Below are positions 20,075 to 32,011 of a DNA stretch of 33,270 nucleotides, one piece after another. This stretch comes from an uncultured Bifidobacterium sp. (lineage in GTDB: Bacteria > Actinomycetota > Acidimicrobiia > Acidimicrobiales > Acidimicrobilacustridaceae): positions 1 to 33,270 of the forward strand of contig CAYOHV010000001.1 of assembly GCA_964403825.1 (NCBI GenBank). The letters run 5' to 3'. The position numbers and the translations under genes are program-made. The stretch's first letter is position 1. Every line of letters begins with the position of its first letter. The notes beneath the pieces are model-generated. The model was not told where the DNA came from and did not search any database. It saw only the letters and a program-made list of their open reading frames with translations.

Positions 20075-23000
20075 CTAGGCCTCTTCGTCGGAATCCGATT
20101 CGGGGGCCGTTTCCGGACGCAATTCGATAATTTCGGCGACGGGACCGTCGAGTTCGAGATCATCGAGTTCAGCTTCCAGATCAAAGCCTTCGGCTTCAGC
20201 AGCCATTGCGGCGGCTTCGGCCATGGCAGCCATTTCGTCCAGTTCTTCTTCAGTAAGAGGAGCCGGAGCGACATAGCCAGTCGGTGCGGAATCAATTTCG
20301 GCTGCGTTTTGGCCAACCGCCATTGCTTCACCGATTTGTTCGGCTACCTCTTCAATGACATTGATTTCTTCTTCTACGGCAACTGCAACCCGTTCGAGAA
20401 TTTCTTCAACGTCTTCGACAACATCAGCAACCATTCGCTCGGCCAACACGCTGGCGAGATCGGCATCGGATTCTTCACCCGAAGTCCAATATTCCATCGG
20501 CTGGTAATCGGGAGCCATGGTTGAAATATCGCGGTACTTGTTCATGCCGGTACCAGCCGGAATCAACTTACCGATGATGATGTTTTCTTTGAGACCGAGC
20601 AATGAATCAGAACGTGACTCAATTGCGGCTTCAGTAAGAACACGAGTTGTCTCTTGGAAGGACGCAGCCGACAACCATGAATCAGTTGCCAACGATGCTT
20701 TGGTGATACCCATGATTTCGGGACGACCCTCAGCGGGTGTCTTTCCTTCCATCACTAAGGCACGGTTCACATCGCGGTACACCTTCGAATCAACGCGTTC
20801 ACCCGGCAAGAAATCGGAATCGCCCGGTTCTTGCACGGCAATCTTGCGCGTCATTTGGCGCACGATCAATTCGATGTGCTTGTCGTGAATCGGTACACCC
20901 TGATCGCGGTACACCTTCTGAACTTCAGTCACCAAGTATTGCTGCGTTTCTTGTACGCCCTTGATTTCAAGAAGTTCTTTCGGATCGCGCGGACCATCGA
21001 CGATGGGATCACCGGCAGCAATTTCTTGTCCGTCAACTACTTCAAGACGAGAAAGGCTGGGAACGGTGTACACCTCTTCGGTGCCATCGTCGGCGACAAC
21101 CGTAATTACTCGACCCTTGCCTTCATCTTCGGCAATACGCACCACACCACTTGTACGTGAAAGTGTTGCTTTGCCTTTCGGGCTACGGGCTTCGAACAAT
21201 TCGACGACGCGAGGCAAACCGCCAGCGATGTCGGTACCAGCAACACCACCAGTGTGGAAGGTACGCATCGTGAGCTGAGTTCCAGGTTCACCAATTGATT
21301 GCGCTGCGATAACACCAACGGCTTCGCCAACTTCAATCAATTTGCCGGTGGCCAATGAAAGACCATAGGAAGCGGCCGATACACCGAGATCAGAATCATC
21401 GGTTAACGGTGACAACACACGAACACGAGAAACCGTTGCATCGTCGCGTAACGCAGCAACTTCTTCATCGCCGAGAACGGTGCCACGAGCAAGAACTGTT
21501 CCGTCGGAAAGAGTGACGTCATCAGCCAAGGTACGGCTGTAAAGACGTGTTTCTAACCATGAACGCTTACCGGGACGATCGGGTTCGATGTCTTCAATCC
21601 AAATACCGCGCACCGGTCCGCCACTGGCGAACGGATCTTCATCATTAATGATGAGTTCCTGGGCAACGTCAACCAAACGACGAGTTAAGTAACCCGAGTC
21701 GGCCGTACGCAGAGCGGTATCGACAAGACCTTTACGAGCACCAGGAGTAGCAATGAAGTACTCCAACATGGTGAGGCCTTCACGGAAGTTCGACTTAATC
21801 GGACGAGGAATCATGTCACCACGAGGGTTAGCCACCAGACCGCGCATACCGGCGATCTGACGAACCTGCATCATGTTTCCGCGTGCACCCGAACCAACCA
21901 TCATGTCGATCGGGTTGAACTGTTCGGCCTTCAAAGTGACTTCCATTGCGGAACGCACTTCTTCAGTAGCCGTCGTCCAAATTTCAACTTCCTTCTGACG
22001 ACGTTCACCATCGGTGATGATGCCGCGTCGGAATTGAGTCTCAACTTTTTCCGCTTCTTTTTCGTGACGATCAAGAATTTCCTTCTTGGCCACTGGTGTC
22101 TTGACGTCTTCAATCGAAATCGTCAAACCACTGCGAGTTGCGTAGCGGTAACAAAGATCCTTGATGCGGTCGAGTGACGACGAAACATCGGCTTTGTCGT
22201 AGTTATGAGCCAATTCATCAACGATGCGACCCATTCCCTTTTTGTCAACGCGTTCGTTGACATAAGCGAATCCGGTCGGAAGCGCGGTATTGAAGAACAA
22301 ACGACCTGCAGTTGTCTGCAAGTACACCGGGCGACCATTTTCGGTTCCGGTAATAAAGCGATCTTCACGCACTTCAATTAATGAATGCAGATCAATTTCA
22401 TTCGCTTCATAGGCACGTTCAACTTCATGCAAATGACGGAAACGACGACCTTCACCCTTCGCGCCTACAACTTCTTCAGTTAAGTAGTACGCGCCGATGA
22501 TCATGTCCTGTGTCGGGGTTACCAACGGACGACCATCAGCCGGCGAAAGAATGTTGTTGGCCGACAACATAAGCACGCGCGCTTCGGCTTGAGCTTCAGC
22601 CGAAAGCGGCAAGTGAACAGCCATCTGGTCACCGTCGAAGTCAGCGTTAAACGCCGCACAAACGAGCGGATGAATTTGAATGGCTTTGCCTTCGACCAAC
22701 ATTGGTTCGAACGCTTGAATACCTAAGCGGTGCAATGTTGGCGCACGGTTCAAAAGAACAGGATGTTCTTTAATGACGTCTTCCAAAACATCCCATACCT
22801 GCGGACGGCGGCGTTCCACCATGCGCTTGGCTGACTTGATGTTTTGTGCCAATTCAGCATCGACAAGTTTCTTCATCACGAAGGGCTTGAATAATTCGAG
22901 CGCCATCAACTTGGGAAGACCGCATTGATGCAACTTCAAATTCGGACCCACAACGATGACCGAACGGCCTGAGTAATCGACGCGCTTACCGAGCAAGTTC

Positions 23001-24307
23001 TGACGGAAACGTCCTTGCTTACCCTTCAACATGTCAGACAGTGACTTAAGCGGACGGTTGCCGGGGCCCGTTACCGGACGACCGCGACGACCATTGTCGA
23101 ATAACGCATCCACAGCTTCTTGCAGCATGCGCTTTTCGTTGTTCACGATGATTTCGGGAGCACCGAGATCAAGTAAGCGCTTAAGACGGTTATTACGGTT
23201 GATGACGCGACGGTAAAGATCGTTGAGGTCTGATGTCGCGAAACGACCACCATCGAGTTGCACCATGGGACGAAGTTCCGGCGGAATAACCGGAACAACA
23301 TCGAGGATCATGGCGCGCGGGTCGTTAATACGACGACCGTTTTCATCACGACGGTTAAAGGCCGAAACGATCTTGAGACGCTTAATCGCCTTTTGCTTAC
23401 GCTGAGCGGAAAGCGGCTTTTGTCCCGGAGCCGGATCGATTTGTTCACGCAAACGAATTTCATCCGCGTCAAGGTCGATGCGGTCGATTAACGACGCAAT
23501 TGCATCGGCACCCATGCCGCCTTCGAAATATTCGCCGTAACGATGTTGCAACTCACGCCACAACATTTCGTCTTCGATGATTTTGCGAGCAAACAGATCT
23601 TTGAATTCATCAAAGGCGCGACCAACGAGATCAAGTTCGGTTTCGTAACGTTCGCGGATTGATTGGAAGTCTTTTTCCGCCGCGCGTTGACGAGCCTTGA
23701 TATCGGTGTCTTTGGCACCTTCTTTTTCGAGCTGCTTGAGTTCGTCTTCTAAATCTTTGGTGCGACGATCAAGTTCAGTTTGCAGTTCTTTCTGAATGAT
23801 TTCTTTTTCGCCAACAACATCGGCTTCGAGTTCAGGAAGATCCTTATGACGACGATCCTCGTCAACCCATGTCACCAAATTGGCGGCGAAGTAAATCACC
23901 TTTTCCAACTGCTTGGCCTTGAGTTCTTCGCGCGCTTCGGTGCCCATTAACAAATAGGCCAACCACGAACGAGTGCCGCGCAGGTACCAAATATGAACGA
24001 CGGGAGCCGCCAATTCGATATGGCCCATGCGCTCACGACGAACCTTGGAGCGCGTGACTTCAACGCCGCAGCGCTCACAAATGATGCCCTTGAAACGTAC
24101 GCGCTTGTACTTACCGCAGTAGCACTCCCAGTCCTTTTGCGGACCGAAAATCTTCTCGCAGAACAAGCCGTCTTTTTCGGGCTTCAAGGTTCGATAGTTA
24201 ATCGTCTCTGGCTTTTTCACTTCGCCGTTCGACCACGTACGGATTGAATCCGCCGTAGCCAAACCAATTCGAAGTTGATCAAAAGTATTTACGTCAAGCA
24301 TTGCCAT
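20075..24307 (-). CDS. rpoC: RNA polymerase beta' subunit
   Basis: [43 protein letters not shown]; long acidic C-terminal tail. Confidence 0.99.
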   Translation of the reverse strand: MAMLDVNTFDQLRIGLATADSIRTWSNGEVKKPETINYRTLKPEKDGLFCEKIFGPQKDWECYCGKYKRVRFKGIICERCGVEVTRSKVRRERMGHIELAAPVVHIWYLRGTRSWLAYLLMGTEAREELKAKQLEKVIYFAANLVTWVDEDRRHKDLPELEADVVGEKEIIQKELQTELDRRTKDLEDELKQLEKEGAKDTDIKARQRAAEKDFQSIRERYETELDLVGRAFDEFKDLFARKIIEDEMLWRELQHRYGEYFEGGMGADAIASLIDRIDLDADEIRLREQIDPAPGQKPLSAQRKQKAIKRLKIVSAFNRRDENGRRINDPRAMILDVVPVIPPELRPMVQLDGGRFATSDLNDLYRRVINRNNRLKRLLDLGAPEIIVNNEKRMLQEAVDALFDNGRRGRPVTGPGNRPLKSLSDMLKGKQGRFRQNLLGKRVDYSGRSVIVVGPNLKLHQCGLPKLMALELFKPFVMKKLVDAELAQNIKSAKRMVERRRPQVWDVLEDVIKEHPVLLNRAPTLHRLGIQAFEPMLVEGKAIQIHPLVCAAFNADFDGDQMAVHLPLSAEAQAEARVLMLSANNILSPADGRPLVTPTQDMIIGAYYLTEEVVGAKGEGRRFRHLHEVERAYEANEIDLHSLIEVREDRFITGTENGRPVYLQTTAGRLFFNTALPTGFAYVNERVDKKGMGRIVDELAHNYDKADVSSSLDRIKDLCYRYATRSGLTISIEDVKTPVAKKEILDRHEKEAEKVETQFRRGIITDGERRQKEVEIWTTATEEVRSAMEVTLKAEQFNPIDMMVGSGARGNMMQVRQIAGMRGLVANPRGDMIPRPIKSNFREGLTMLEYFIATPGARKGLVDTALRTADSGYLTRRLVDVAQELIINDEDPFASGGPVRGIWIEDIEPDRPGKRSWLETRLYSRTLADDVTLSDGTVLARGTVLGDEEVAALRDDATVSRVRVLSPLTDDSDLGVSAASYGLSLATGKLIEVGEAVGVIAAQSIGEPGTQLTMRTFHTGGVAGTDIAGGLPRVVELFEARSPKGKATLSRTSGVVRIAEDEGKGRVITVVADDGTEEVYTVPSLSRLEVVDGQEIAAGDPIVDGPRDPKELLEIKGVQETQQYLVTEVQKVYRDQGVPIHDKHIELIVRQMTRKIAVQEPGDSDFLPGERVDSKVYRDVNRALVMEGKTPAEGRPEIMGITKASLATDSWLSAASFQETTRVLTEAAIESRSDSLLGLKENIIIGKLIPAGTGMNKYRDISTMAPDYQPMEYWTSGEESDADLASVLAERMVADVVEDVEEILERVAVAVEEEINVIEEVAEQIGEAMAVGQNAAEIDSAPTGYVAPAPLTEEELDEMAAMAEAAAMAAEAEGFDLEAELDDLELDGPVAEIIELRPETAPESDSDEEA

Positions 24308-24312
24308 TTGGT

Positions 24313-27300
24313 TCAGCCCCTCTCGACCCGACGCGATTCGTCATCATCGCTACCGCGTTCTGGTCGTGAAAGATCAATGCCGAGTTCTTCGGCAGTTCGG
24401 AAAATGTCTTCATCGAGTTCGCGCATTTCAATCTCGGCGCCAGAAGTGTTGAGCACTTCGACGTTGAGACAGAGCGCTTGCATTTCTTTAATGAGAACTT
24501 TGAAACTCTCGGGAATGCCTGGCTCGGGGATGTTCTCGCCCTTCACAATGGCTTCGTACACCTTGACGCGGCCAAGAACGTCGTCAGACTTAATGGTGAG
24601 AAGTTCTTGTAAGCAATACGCGGCGCCATACGCCTCAAGTGCCCACACTTCCATTTCACCAAAGCGCTGACCACCGAACTGTGCCTTACCACCGAGCGGT
24701 TGCTGAGTGATCATGGAGTACGGACCAGTTGAACGAGCGTGAATCTTGTCGTCAACCAAGTGAGCGAGTTTGAGGATGTACACAACACCCACCGTGATGG
24801 GGTTGTCATAAGCCTCGCCGGTACGACCGTTATAAAGAACCATCTTGCCGTCGTCTTGCATTAAGCGACCGTTATCGCCGTAACGAGAATCAGTTGATTC
24901 AGGTTGCAAGTTTTGGAAGATGCTCTTGATCGTCGGATGCTTACCGGCTTCTTCTTCTTCATCCCAGTGAGCACCATCGAAAACGGGCGTGGCGATAAGA
25001 GTTGAAGCTGGAGTTACGGGACGCGTTTTCTTTTCGGTGCCGCGCACCGGCTCTTGACCAACAGTTGAACCATTGATCGACCAGCCATAACGAGCGGCAT
25101 AGCCAAGATGCGCTTCCAGAACCTGACCGACGTTCATACGAGAAGGAACACCAAGCGGATTCAAAATGATGTCCACTGGCGTACCGTCAGCCATGAACGG
25201 CATGTCTTCGATCGGGAGAATCTTGGAGATAACACCCTTGTTGCCGTGACGACCAGCCAACTTGTCACCCACGCTGATCTTGCGCTTTTGCGCAACATAA
25301 ACACGTACAAGTTGATTTACGCCCGGCGGAAGTTCATGGCTTTCATCGCGGCTAAAGACTTTGACGTCAATGACCTTGCCTTGTTCACCATGCGGAACCT
25401 TCAACGAGGTGTCGCGAACTTCACGAGCCTTTTCACCGAAGATGGCGCGCAGCAAGCGCTCTTCCGGTGTGAGTTCCGTTTCACCCTTCGGGGTGACCTT
25501 GCCCACCAGAACATCGCCGGCATGAACTTCAGCACCAACGCGAATGATGCCGCGTTCGTCTAAGTCAGCAAGGATGTCGTCCGACAAGTTCGGAATATCA
25601 CGCGTGATTTCTTCCGGACCCAACTTGGTGTCACGGGCATCAATTTCATGCTCATGAATATGAATAGAAGTAAGCACATCGTCTTTCACTAAACGCTCGG
25701 AAAGAATGATGGCGTCTTCGAAGTTGTAACCCTCCCATGGCATAAAGGCCACGACGAGGTTTTTACCTAATGCCAATTCACCGTTATCGGTGGACGGACC
25801 ATGAGCGAGGATGTCGCCCTTGGCTACTTGTTGTCCTGCCTTAACAATTGGCTTTTGGTTAATACAAGTGTCTTGGTTTGAACGTTCAAACTTCAACAAG
25901 CGGTATGTCTGACGGCCGAGTTTGGTGTAGTTCACCGTGATGGTGTTGCCATCAACTTCGGCGATAACACCATCATCTTCAGCCATGATCATGTCGGCGG
26001 CGTCGCGCGCAGCACGTGATTCGATACCGGTACCGATGTACGGAGCTTCCGAACGCAACAACGGAACAGCCTGACGTTGCATGTTCGCACCCATAAGCGC
26101 GCGGTTGGCATCGTCGTGTTCGAGGAAGGGAATTAATGCAGTTGCGACCGAAACAATTTGCTTCGGCGAAACGTCCATCAATTGCACTTCATTCGGCGGA
26201 ACGTTTGAAATTTCGGTGGTCGCACCGAAGAAGACGTCGCGTTCCAACATGAGTTTCAATTCACCAAGCGTTGCTGCTTGCGGTGAACGACGCACCAAAA
26301 CGCGATCGGCTTTAAATGTGCCGTCAGGATTTAACGGAGCGTTGGCCTGCGCAACGACGTATGCCTCTTCTTCGTCGGCAGCCAAGTAAACGATTTCGTC
26401 GGTGACGCGACCATTTACAACTTTGCGATAAGGCGATTCGATAAATCCGAATTCATTAACGCGGGCGAATGTAGCCAGCGCGCCGATAAGACCGATGTTC
26501 GGACCTTCCGGCGTTTCAATCGGGCACATACGTCCGTAGTGAGAAAAGTGAACGTCACGCACTTCGAAGCCGGCACGTTCACGTGACAAACCACCCGGGC
26601 CGAGCGCCGAAAGACGACGACGGTGAGTAAGGCCAGAAAGTGGATTGACCTGATCCATGAACTGCGAAAGCTGCGAAGTTCCAAAGAACTCTTTGATTGC
26701 AGCCACAACCGGACGGATGTTGATCAATGTTTGCGGCGTAATGGCTTCCACGTCTTGGGTGGTCATGCGTTCACGCACAACACGTTCCATACGGGAAAGA
26801 CCAATACGAACCTGGTTTTGAATTAATTCACCAACCGAACGAATACGACGGTTAGCAAAGTGATCTTGATCGTCAAGGCGATAGCCAGGTTCAGCGTTGA
26901 CCAAGTTCAACAAGTAAGTGGTAGCGGCCAAAACTTCCGACGGCGTAAGAACTGATTGATCGGGTTCGGGACGCTCTAATTGAATGCCGAAAATTTGTTC
27001 GATCTTGTCGAGTTCCGGTCCAAGTTTACGATTCAACTTATAACGACCAACGCGGGAAAGATCGTAACGACGGCTTTCAAAGAATGCGTTGCGGAAATAC
27101 GCCTTCGCCGATTCAACCGACGGCGGTTCGCCTGGACGAGCGCGCTTGTAAATTTCAACTAACGCTTCGTCTTGCGAAATGGCTACTTCGCGATCCTTGT
27201 CCCATTGACCTTCAAGAAAATCAAAGTGCTGGACAAAGCGATCAAGGAAGCCGGGATAATTTTCTTCGTCGTAACCCAACGCACGCAGAAGAACGAACAA

Positions 27301-27903
27301 CGAAAGACGACGCTTACGGGCAACGCGTGCACCAGCGGTTACGTCTTTACCGGGCTTTTGTTCAACGTCGAATTCAATCCATTCACCGCGGTAAGGATGA
27401 ATGGTGCCGGTTACTAACTGATGCTTTTGCAAGTTACGCAAACGGAAACGTTCACCTGGTTGGAAAATCACACCGGGCGAACGAACAAGTTGAGAAACAA
27501 CAACGCGCTCGGTGCCGTTGATGACGAACGTTCCTTTTTCGGTCATCATCGGGAAATCACCCATGAACACTGTTTGTTCTTTAATTTCTCCGGTTGACGC
27601 GTTCATAAAACGCGCGCGCACAAAAATTGGTGCAGAGAAGGTCATGTCCTTCTCTTTGCATTCTTCAACGGTGAACTTGGGCGGCGGACGAAGGTCTTCG
27701 TCTTCCGGATCAAATTCAAGTTCAAGTTGCAACGTTTCGGTGAAGTCCTTAATTGGACTGATGTCACGGAACGTTTCAGCCAAACCTTGGTTAAGGAACC
27801 ACTCGAATGATTCGCGTTGGATTGCGATCAAGTCAGGTAGTTGTAGGGCTTCGTCGAGATTCGCGAACGAATAACGGTCACGCACTAATGGACGAGCAGA
27901 CAA
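24313..27903 (-). CDS. rpoB: RNA polymerase beta subunit
   Basis: [33 protein letters not shown]; start moved to TTG at 27903 behind a GAGGAG SD. Confidence 0.99.
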   Translation of the reverse strand: MSARPLVRDRYSFANLDEALQLPDLIAIQRESFEWFLNQGLAETFRDISPIKDFTETLQLELEFDPEDEDLRPPPKFTVEECKEKDMTFSAPIFVRARFMNASTGEIKEQTVFMGDFPMMTEKGTFVINGTERVVVSQLVRSPGVIFQPGERFRLRNLQKHQLVTGTIHPYRGEWIEFDVEQKPGKDVTAGARVARKRRLSLFVLLRALGYDEENYPGFLDRFVQHFDFLEGQWDKDREVAISQDEALVEIYKRARPGEPPSVESAKAYFRNAFFESRRYDLSRVGRYKLNRKLGPELDKIEQIFGIQLERPEPDQSVLTPSEVLAATTYLLNLVNAEPGYRLDDQDHFANRRIRSVGELIQNQVRIGLSRMERVVRERMTTQDVEAITPQTLINIRPVVAAIKEFFGTSQLSQFMDQVNPLSGLTHRRRLSALGPGGLSRERAGFEVRDVHFSHYGRMCPIETPEGPNIGLIGALATFARVNEFGFIESPYRKVVNGRVTDEIVYLAADEEEAYVVAQANAPLNPDGTFKADRVLVRRSPQAATLGELKLMLERDVFFGATTEISNVPPNEVQLMDVSPKQIVSVATALIPFLEHDDANRALMGANMQRQAVPLLRSEAPYIGTGIESRAARDAADMIMAEDDGVIAEVDGNTITVNYTKLGRQTYRLLKFERSNQDTCINQKPIVKAGQQVAKGDILAHGPSTDNGELALGKNLVVAFMPWEGYNFEDAIILSERLVKDDVLTSIHIHEHEIDARDTKLGPEEITRDIPNLSDDILADLDERGIIRVGAEVHAGDVLVGKVTPKGETELTPEERLLRAIFGEKAREVRDTSLKVPHGEQGKVIDVKVFSRDESHELPPGVNQLVRVYVAQKRKISVGDKLAGRHGNKGVISKILPIEDMPFMADGTPVDIILNPLGVPSRMNVGQVLEAHLGYAARYGWSINGSTVGQEPVRGTEKKTRPVTPASTLIATPVFDGAHWDEEEEAGKHPTIKSIFQNLQPESTDSRYGDNGRLMQDDGKMVLYNGRTGEAYDNPITVGVVYILKLAHLVDDKIHARSTGPYSMITQQPLGGKAQFGGQRFGEMEVWALEAYGAAYCLQELLTIKSDDVLGRVKVYEAIVKGENIPEPGIPESFKVLIKEMQALCLNVEVLNTSGAEIEMRELDEDIFRTAEELGIDLSRPERGSDDDESRRVERG

Positions 27904-28009
27904 GGAGAACTCCTCGGTCGTAAGGGTGGGAACACTGTTGGCATCGGGGCGCGTCGAAACGTGCGGAACGGATCGGCCACTCCCGAGAGCGTTACAGGGC
28001 GGACCGGTA

Positions 28010-28038
28010 ATCCTATGCCTGGGCGCGTAGTAGAGCAA
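28010..28038 (-). promoter_or_regulatory. Putative promoter for rpoBC
   Basis: TTGCTC-N17-TAGGAT. Confidence 0.5.
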
Positions 28039-28161
28039 CCCCGGAATCCTGAGGATTCAGGCCTGGCCTCGGGGGATCATCCACTTCTACCCCGGTCAGA
28101 TTGGCGGGCAACCTAGACCCCCAGCGGCCAGCGGTCAAGCACTGGGACAAAATTTGGCCCC

Positions 28162-28198
28162 AGAAATGACAATGGCCCGCCATAAAGGCGGGCCATTG
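28162..28198 (-). terminator. Terminator-like hairpin after rplL
   Basis: CAATGGCCCGCC-TTTAT-GGCGGGCCATTG followed by TCATTTCT. Confidence 0.75.
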
Positions 28199-28216
28199 AA
28201 CCGATTTTGAACTGTC

Positions 28217-28600
28217 TTACTTGAGTTCGACAGTGGCGCCGGCGCCTTCGAGGGCGGCCTTTGCCTTTTCGGCGTCTTCCTTCGACACATGCTCGAGCAC
28301 GGTCTTGGGGGCTCCATCAACAAGATCCTTGGCTTCTTTAAGGCCGAGGTTGGTGAGCGCACGAACCTCTTTGATGACCTGGATCTTCTTGTCGCCAGCA
28401 TCGGCGAGAACGACATCGAATTCGTCCTTTTCCGCTGCGGCTTCGCCACCGCCACCGCCACCGGCAGCTGGTGCAGCAGCAACAGCAACGGGGGCCGCGG
28501 CAGTTACGCCGAACTTCTCTTCGAAGTCTTTTAACAGTTCGCTCAACTCGAGCACCGACATTCCGGCGATCGCGTCGAGGATTTCTTCCTTGGTAGCCAT
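28217..28600 (-). CDS. rplL: 50S ribosomal protein L7/L12
   Basis: [31 protein letters not shown]. Confidence 0.98.
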   Translation of the reverse strand: MATKEEILDAIAGMSVLELSELLKDFEEKFGVTAAAPVAVAAAPAAGGGGGGEAAAEKDEFDVVLADAGDKKIQVIKEVRALTNLGLKEAKDLVDGAPKTVLEHVSKEDAEKAKAALEGAGATVELK

Positions 28601-29299
28601 TTAGCTCTCCTGGGTTTCACCCTCGGCATCGGCCGGGGCATCGTCTGTAGTTTCTTCGGCTGCTTGTGCAACCGGTTCTTCGGTGGTCTCTTCTGAAGCT
28701 GCATCGGCAGAAGCAGGTGCTTCTTCCGCTGTCGGTTCGGCTGCTGGTGCAGATGCGGGTGCACCAGGTGCACCGCCCTTTTCGATCAACGCAGATAATG
28801 CATAAGCAAAATCGCGCGGAACGGCTTGCAGCAATCCGGCGAAACGTTGCATCGGTGCGGCCAAAAGGCCAGCAAAGCGTGCGAGAAGTTCCTCGCGCGG
28901 GGCAACATCAGCCAGGGCTTGTGCGTCTTGTGCGGAGAGCAATTTGTCTCCTAAAACGCCGCCCTTAACCACCAGATTGGGATTGCCCTTCGCAAAATCA
29001 CGAAGAGCTTTGGCCACGGTTACGGGGTCGCCGTTTCCGCCAGCCGGAACGAAGGCGATGGCCGTCGGTCCGGTGAGGTGTTCGTCGAGATCAAGGCCAA
29101 GATCACGTGTTGCAAAACGCACCAACGTGTTTTTGTACACCTTGTACTCGCCACCGGCTTCACGAAGTGATCGACGCAACGCTGCCAACTCAGTGACATT
29201 GATGCCTCGATATTCCGTAAGAAGCACTGCGTCAGCATTATCAAAGCGCTCGCGCACTTCGGTAACTACTGCCACCTTCTCCGGTCTCGGGTTTTCCAT
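28601..29299 (-). CDS. rplJ: 50S ribosomal protein L10 with acidic Ala/Glu C-terminal tail
   Basis: TEYRGI, YKVYKNTL, LTGPTAIAF; start MENPRPEK (29299) behind a GGAGGT SD. Confidence 0.96.
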   Translation of the reverse strand: MENPRPEKVAVVTEVRERFDNADAVLLTEYRGINVTELAALRRSLREAGGEYKVYKNTLVRFATRDLGLDLDEHLTGPTAIAFVPAGGNGDPVTVAKALRDFAKGNPNLVVKGGVLGDKLLSAQDAQALADVAPREELLARFAGLLAAPMQRFAGLLQAVPRDFAYALSALIEKGGAPGAPASAPAAEPTAEEAPASADAASEETTEEPVAQAAEETTDDAPADAEGETQES

Positions 29300-29419
29300 C
29301 GCACCTCCTCTCTCTGGTGAGTGGGTATCGGTTAAGAGCACATGTGTGTTCTCAACCGCTGGACTGGTACGAATCGGATTCGTACCGGGTTGCCTCGTTA
29401 TGAGATTCACCAACAACAG

Positions 29420-29550
29420 GCGTAAAAAACACAACGGGGCGTCCGCCGCATGCGCGAGAACGCCCCGAAAAGCTTTGGGAAGTTCACCTCGTCAGGTGGG
29501 TCGAAACCTTTTATTCCCACTAAGTGGGCACCGGATGTCTGCGGCGAGCG
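29420..29550 (-). promoter_or_regulatory. L10 leader (r-protein autoregulatory RNA) with attenuator-like hairpin
   Basis: CCGCAGAC..GGT..AATAAAA..CCTGACGAGG resembles the L10_leader pattern; followed by CGGGGCGT..ACGCCCCG-TTGTGTTTTTT. Confidence 0.7.
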
Positions 29551-29587
29551 GATTTAGTTGGGAGACCTTGCGATCTCAAGACGTAAA

Positions 29588-29617
29588 ACGGTACCGGCAA
29601 TGCACCACGAAGGCCAA
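29588..29617 (-). promoter_or_regulatory. Putative promoter for rplJL
   Basis: TTGGCC-N18-TACCGT. Confidence 0.45.
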
Positions 29618-29638
29618 TTGCCAATAAAAAGCGAAGAG

Positions 29639-30346
29639 TTAGACCTCTTCGGTGACAAACATGCGCTGGGTATCGACCTTGACACCCGGGCCCATAGTTG
29701 ATGCCACCACAACTTTTTTGAAATAACGACCCTTAGCGGAAGAAGGCTTGGCCTTTTCCAACTCTTCTAAGACCGCTTTCATATTGGCGGTGAGTGCGCT
29801 TACTTCAAATGAAACTTTGCCGATCGGAACATGAACATTTCCTTGACGATCGGTGCGGTATTCAACCTTGCCGCCTTTGAAGTCGGCAACGGCTTTACCA
29901 ACATCAGGTGTCACAGTTCCGGTCTTCGGGTTTGGCATCAAACCACGCGGACCAAGTTGACGACCTAACTTGCCAACCTGCGGCATTAAATCTGGTGTGG
30001 CGATAAGCAGATCAAAATCCATCATGCCGCCTTCGATCTGTGCAATCAGATCATCAGCGCCGACAATGTCTGCACCTGCTTCGCGTGCTTCGGCTGCTTG
30101 TTCGCCTGCAGCAACAACTGCGATACGAACATCGGTACCTGTTCCTGATGGCAATCCAACCGTGCCGCGAATCATTTGATCTGCTTTACGAGGATCAACA
30201 CCTAAACGAACAGCAAGTTCAACTGTTTCATCGAACTTGGCCGACGCCATTGATTTCACCATGCCAACTGCATCATTCACACTGAATAATTCAGCGCGAT
30301 CAAAAGATGCGGCGGCTGCGTTGTATTTCTTTCCATGCTTTGCCAT
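29639..30346 (-). CDS. rplA: 50S ribosomal protein L1
   Basis: [33 protein letters not shown]. Confidence 0.98.
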   Translation of the reverse strand: MAKHGKKYNAAAASFDRAELFSVNDAVGMVKSMASAKFDETVELAVRLGVDPRKADQMIRGTVGLPSGTGTDVRIAVVAAGEQAAEAREAGADIVGADDLIAQIEGGMMDFDLLIATPDLMPQVGKLGRQLGPRGLMPNPKTGTVTPDVGKAVADFKGGKVEYRTDRQGNVHVPIGKVSFEVSALTANMKAVLEELEKAKPSSAKGRYFKKVVVASTMGPGVKVDTQRMFVTEEV

Positions 30347-30436
30347 CTCGGCTCCCTCAGTCAGGCAAAGTCAAAAAGACTTTGCAACGAAAACACCCAT
30401 CGGGCGAGGTTGTCCCGATCGTGGTGGTACTGCGAA

Positions 30437-30862
30437 CTAAACGATTTCGATTCCCATTGAACGCGCAGTGCCGGCAACTTGGAGTCGTGCGGCTTCAATG
30501 TCATTGGCGTTCAAGTCAGGCATCTTCACTTGAGCAATTTCCGTAACTTGCGCTTCGGTAATTGATCCTGCAACTGCTTTCGACGGAGTTTGTGAACCCT
30601 TGTCGAGACCAGCGGCTTGTTTGATTAACACCGACGTTGGTGGTGTCTTCAAAATAAAAGTGAACGAACGATCTTCGAAGATGGTGATTTCCACCGGGAT
30701 GATGGTTCCCTTTTGCGCTTCTGTCTTCGCGTTGTATTCCTTGCAGAAGTCCATGATGGCAACGCCATGCGGACCGAGCGCGGTACCAACGGGCGGGGCC
30801 GGTGTGGCGCCACCTGCTGGGATTTGAATTTTTACGACGGCCGAAACCTTTTTCTTGGCCAT
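30437..30862 (-). CDS. rplK: 50S ribosomal protein L11
   Basis: [28 protein letters not shown]. Confidence 0.98.
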   Translation of the reverse strand: MAKKKVSAVVKIQIPAGGATPAPPVGTALGPHGVAIMDFCKEYNAKTEAQKGTIIPVEITIFEDRSFTFILKTPPTSVLIKQAAGLDKGSQTPSKAVAGSITEAQVTEIAQVKMPDLNANDIEAARLQVAGTARSMGIEIV

Positions 30863-30908
30863 ATTCCTGTCTCGCTTTAAGGGGTCGATGCGCTAGGCGC
30901 AGCGTGAA

Positions 30909-30938
30909 ATTTTGGCGGCAAAGGGCCGCCCATGACAA
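30909..30938 (-). promoter_or_regulatory. Putative promoter for rplKA
   Basis: TTGTCA-N18-CAAAAT; the spacer contains the inverted repeat GGCGGC/GCCGCC. Confidence 0.35.
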
Positions 30939-30949
30939 ATGCGGAGTTG

Positions 30950-31675
30950 CTAGAGCTTCGCTACCTGCGAAAACTCCAGTTCCACTGGGGTTTCTCGGCC
31001 GAAGATATTGACTAATACCTTCACCTTGAGTTGGTCTTCGTTGATCTCGACGATCTCGCCGGAGAAGTCAGCGAACGGGCCTTCCTTCACGCGCACCGTC
31101 TCCCCCATCTCGTATTCGAGACGTGGCTTGCCGCGCTTTGAAGTGAATTCTTCCGTCTCATCTTTAACTGTGAGGAAGTTTTCGACATCACGTCGCGGTA
31201 ACGGCGACGGCTTCGCACCTTGACCAACGAAACCGGTAATGCCCGGAGTATTACGAATGACGTACCAAGAATCGTCAGTGAGATCACAACGCACTAACAA
31301 ATAACCTGGGAAGACTTTCTTTTGTACAACTTGCTTCTTGCCGTTTTTAAATTCCACGACGTCTTCCAAAGGAATAACAACTTCGTGGATGCTTTCTTCC
31401 ATGTTCATAGAAGAAATACGGGCTTCAAGATTTTGCTTTACCTTTTTTTCGTATCCGGATTGTGTATGTACGACATACCAACGACCGGGACGGTCATAAG
31501 GGCTTTGCGGACGCGGACGCGATTCTTCTAAAAGATCGTCGGCATCAATTACTTCTACGTCAATCTCAGTTTCGGTTGCGGTGTCGATTGCCGTGATTTC
31601 AGAAACGCCCGTCGAATCGAAAGTTTCAACTTCCGCCTCAACAACATCAATCGATTCGTTTTCGTACATGCTCAT
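30950..31675 (-). CDS. nusG: Transcription elongation factor NusG with acidic N-terminal extension
   Basis: [34 protein letters not shown]. Confidence 0.97.
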   Translation of the reverse strand: MSMYENESIDVVEAEVETFDSTGVSEITAIDTATETEIDVEVIDADDLLEESRPRPQSPYDRPGRWYVVHTQSGYEKKVKQNLEARISSMNMEESIHEVVIPLEDVVEFKNGKKQVVQKKVFPGYLLVRCDLTDDSWYVIRNTPGITGFVGQGAKPSPLPRRDVENFLTVKDETEEFTSKRGKPRLEYEMGETVRVKEGPFADFSGEIVEINEDQLKVKVLVNIFGRETPVELEFSQVAKL

Positions 31676-31962
31676 TTATTCAGCAACTTCATGACGGCTT
31701 CGGAGAACACCCAGTCAACGCCGAAAATGACCAGGGTGAACAGGACGATGGTGACTAAAACGATGATCGTGTAATTGATCGTTTCCGAACGAGTTGGCCA
31801 CGCAACTTTGCGAAGTTCTGATCGGATTTCGCGTACAAACTCGGTTGGTCCGGTGCGCTCTTTACGAGTTTGGGGGCCGCGTCGGGTACGAATAGGTTCG
31901 CCGTCGGGGCCTAATTCACCCTGACGTTGCAGCATTCTCTTCTGTTCACGATTGAGAGCCAT
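31672..31962 (-). CDS. secE: Preprotein translocase subunit SecE
   Basis: ELRKVAWPT plus a single TM segment; directly upstream of nusG. Confidence 0.95.
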   Translation of the reverse strand: MALNREQKRMLQRQGELGPDGEPIRTRRGPQTRKERTGPTEFVREIRSELRKVAWPTRSETINYTIIVLVTIVLFTLVIFGVDWVFSEAVMKLLNK

Positions 31963-32011
31963 GCGAACTTTCCATCTTGTTAGTGAGGTGCGCCGAAGCG
32001 ACCTATGTGAG

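Noticed and set aside
24300-24320. RpoB-RpoC fusion or intein
   Set aside because: rpoB ends with TGA and rpoC starts 5 nt later; no intein-sized insertions or splice motifs seen.
26600-26700. Intrinsic rifampicin resistance in the RpoB RRDR
   Set aside because: Q513, D516, H526 and S531 equivalents are intact ([22 protein letters not shown]); only a variable position differs.
27904-29434. N-terminal extensions of RpoB and L10 in the ORF track (also rpsK, rpsH, rplN, rpsG, fusA)
   Set aside because: Artefacts of longest-ORF calling; SD sequences and conserved N-termini support downstream starts.
30347-30436. L1-binding leader between rplK and rplA
   Set aside because: Hairpins are present (CAAAGTC/GACTTTG; ATCGGG/CCCGAT), but I could not match the L1-site consensus with confidence.
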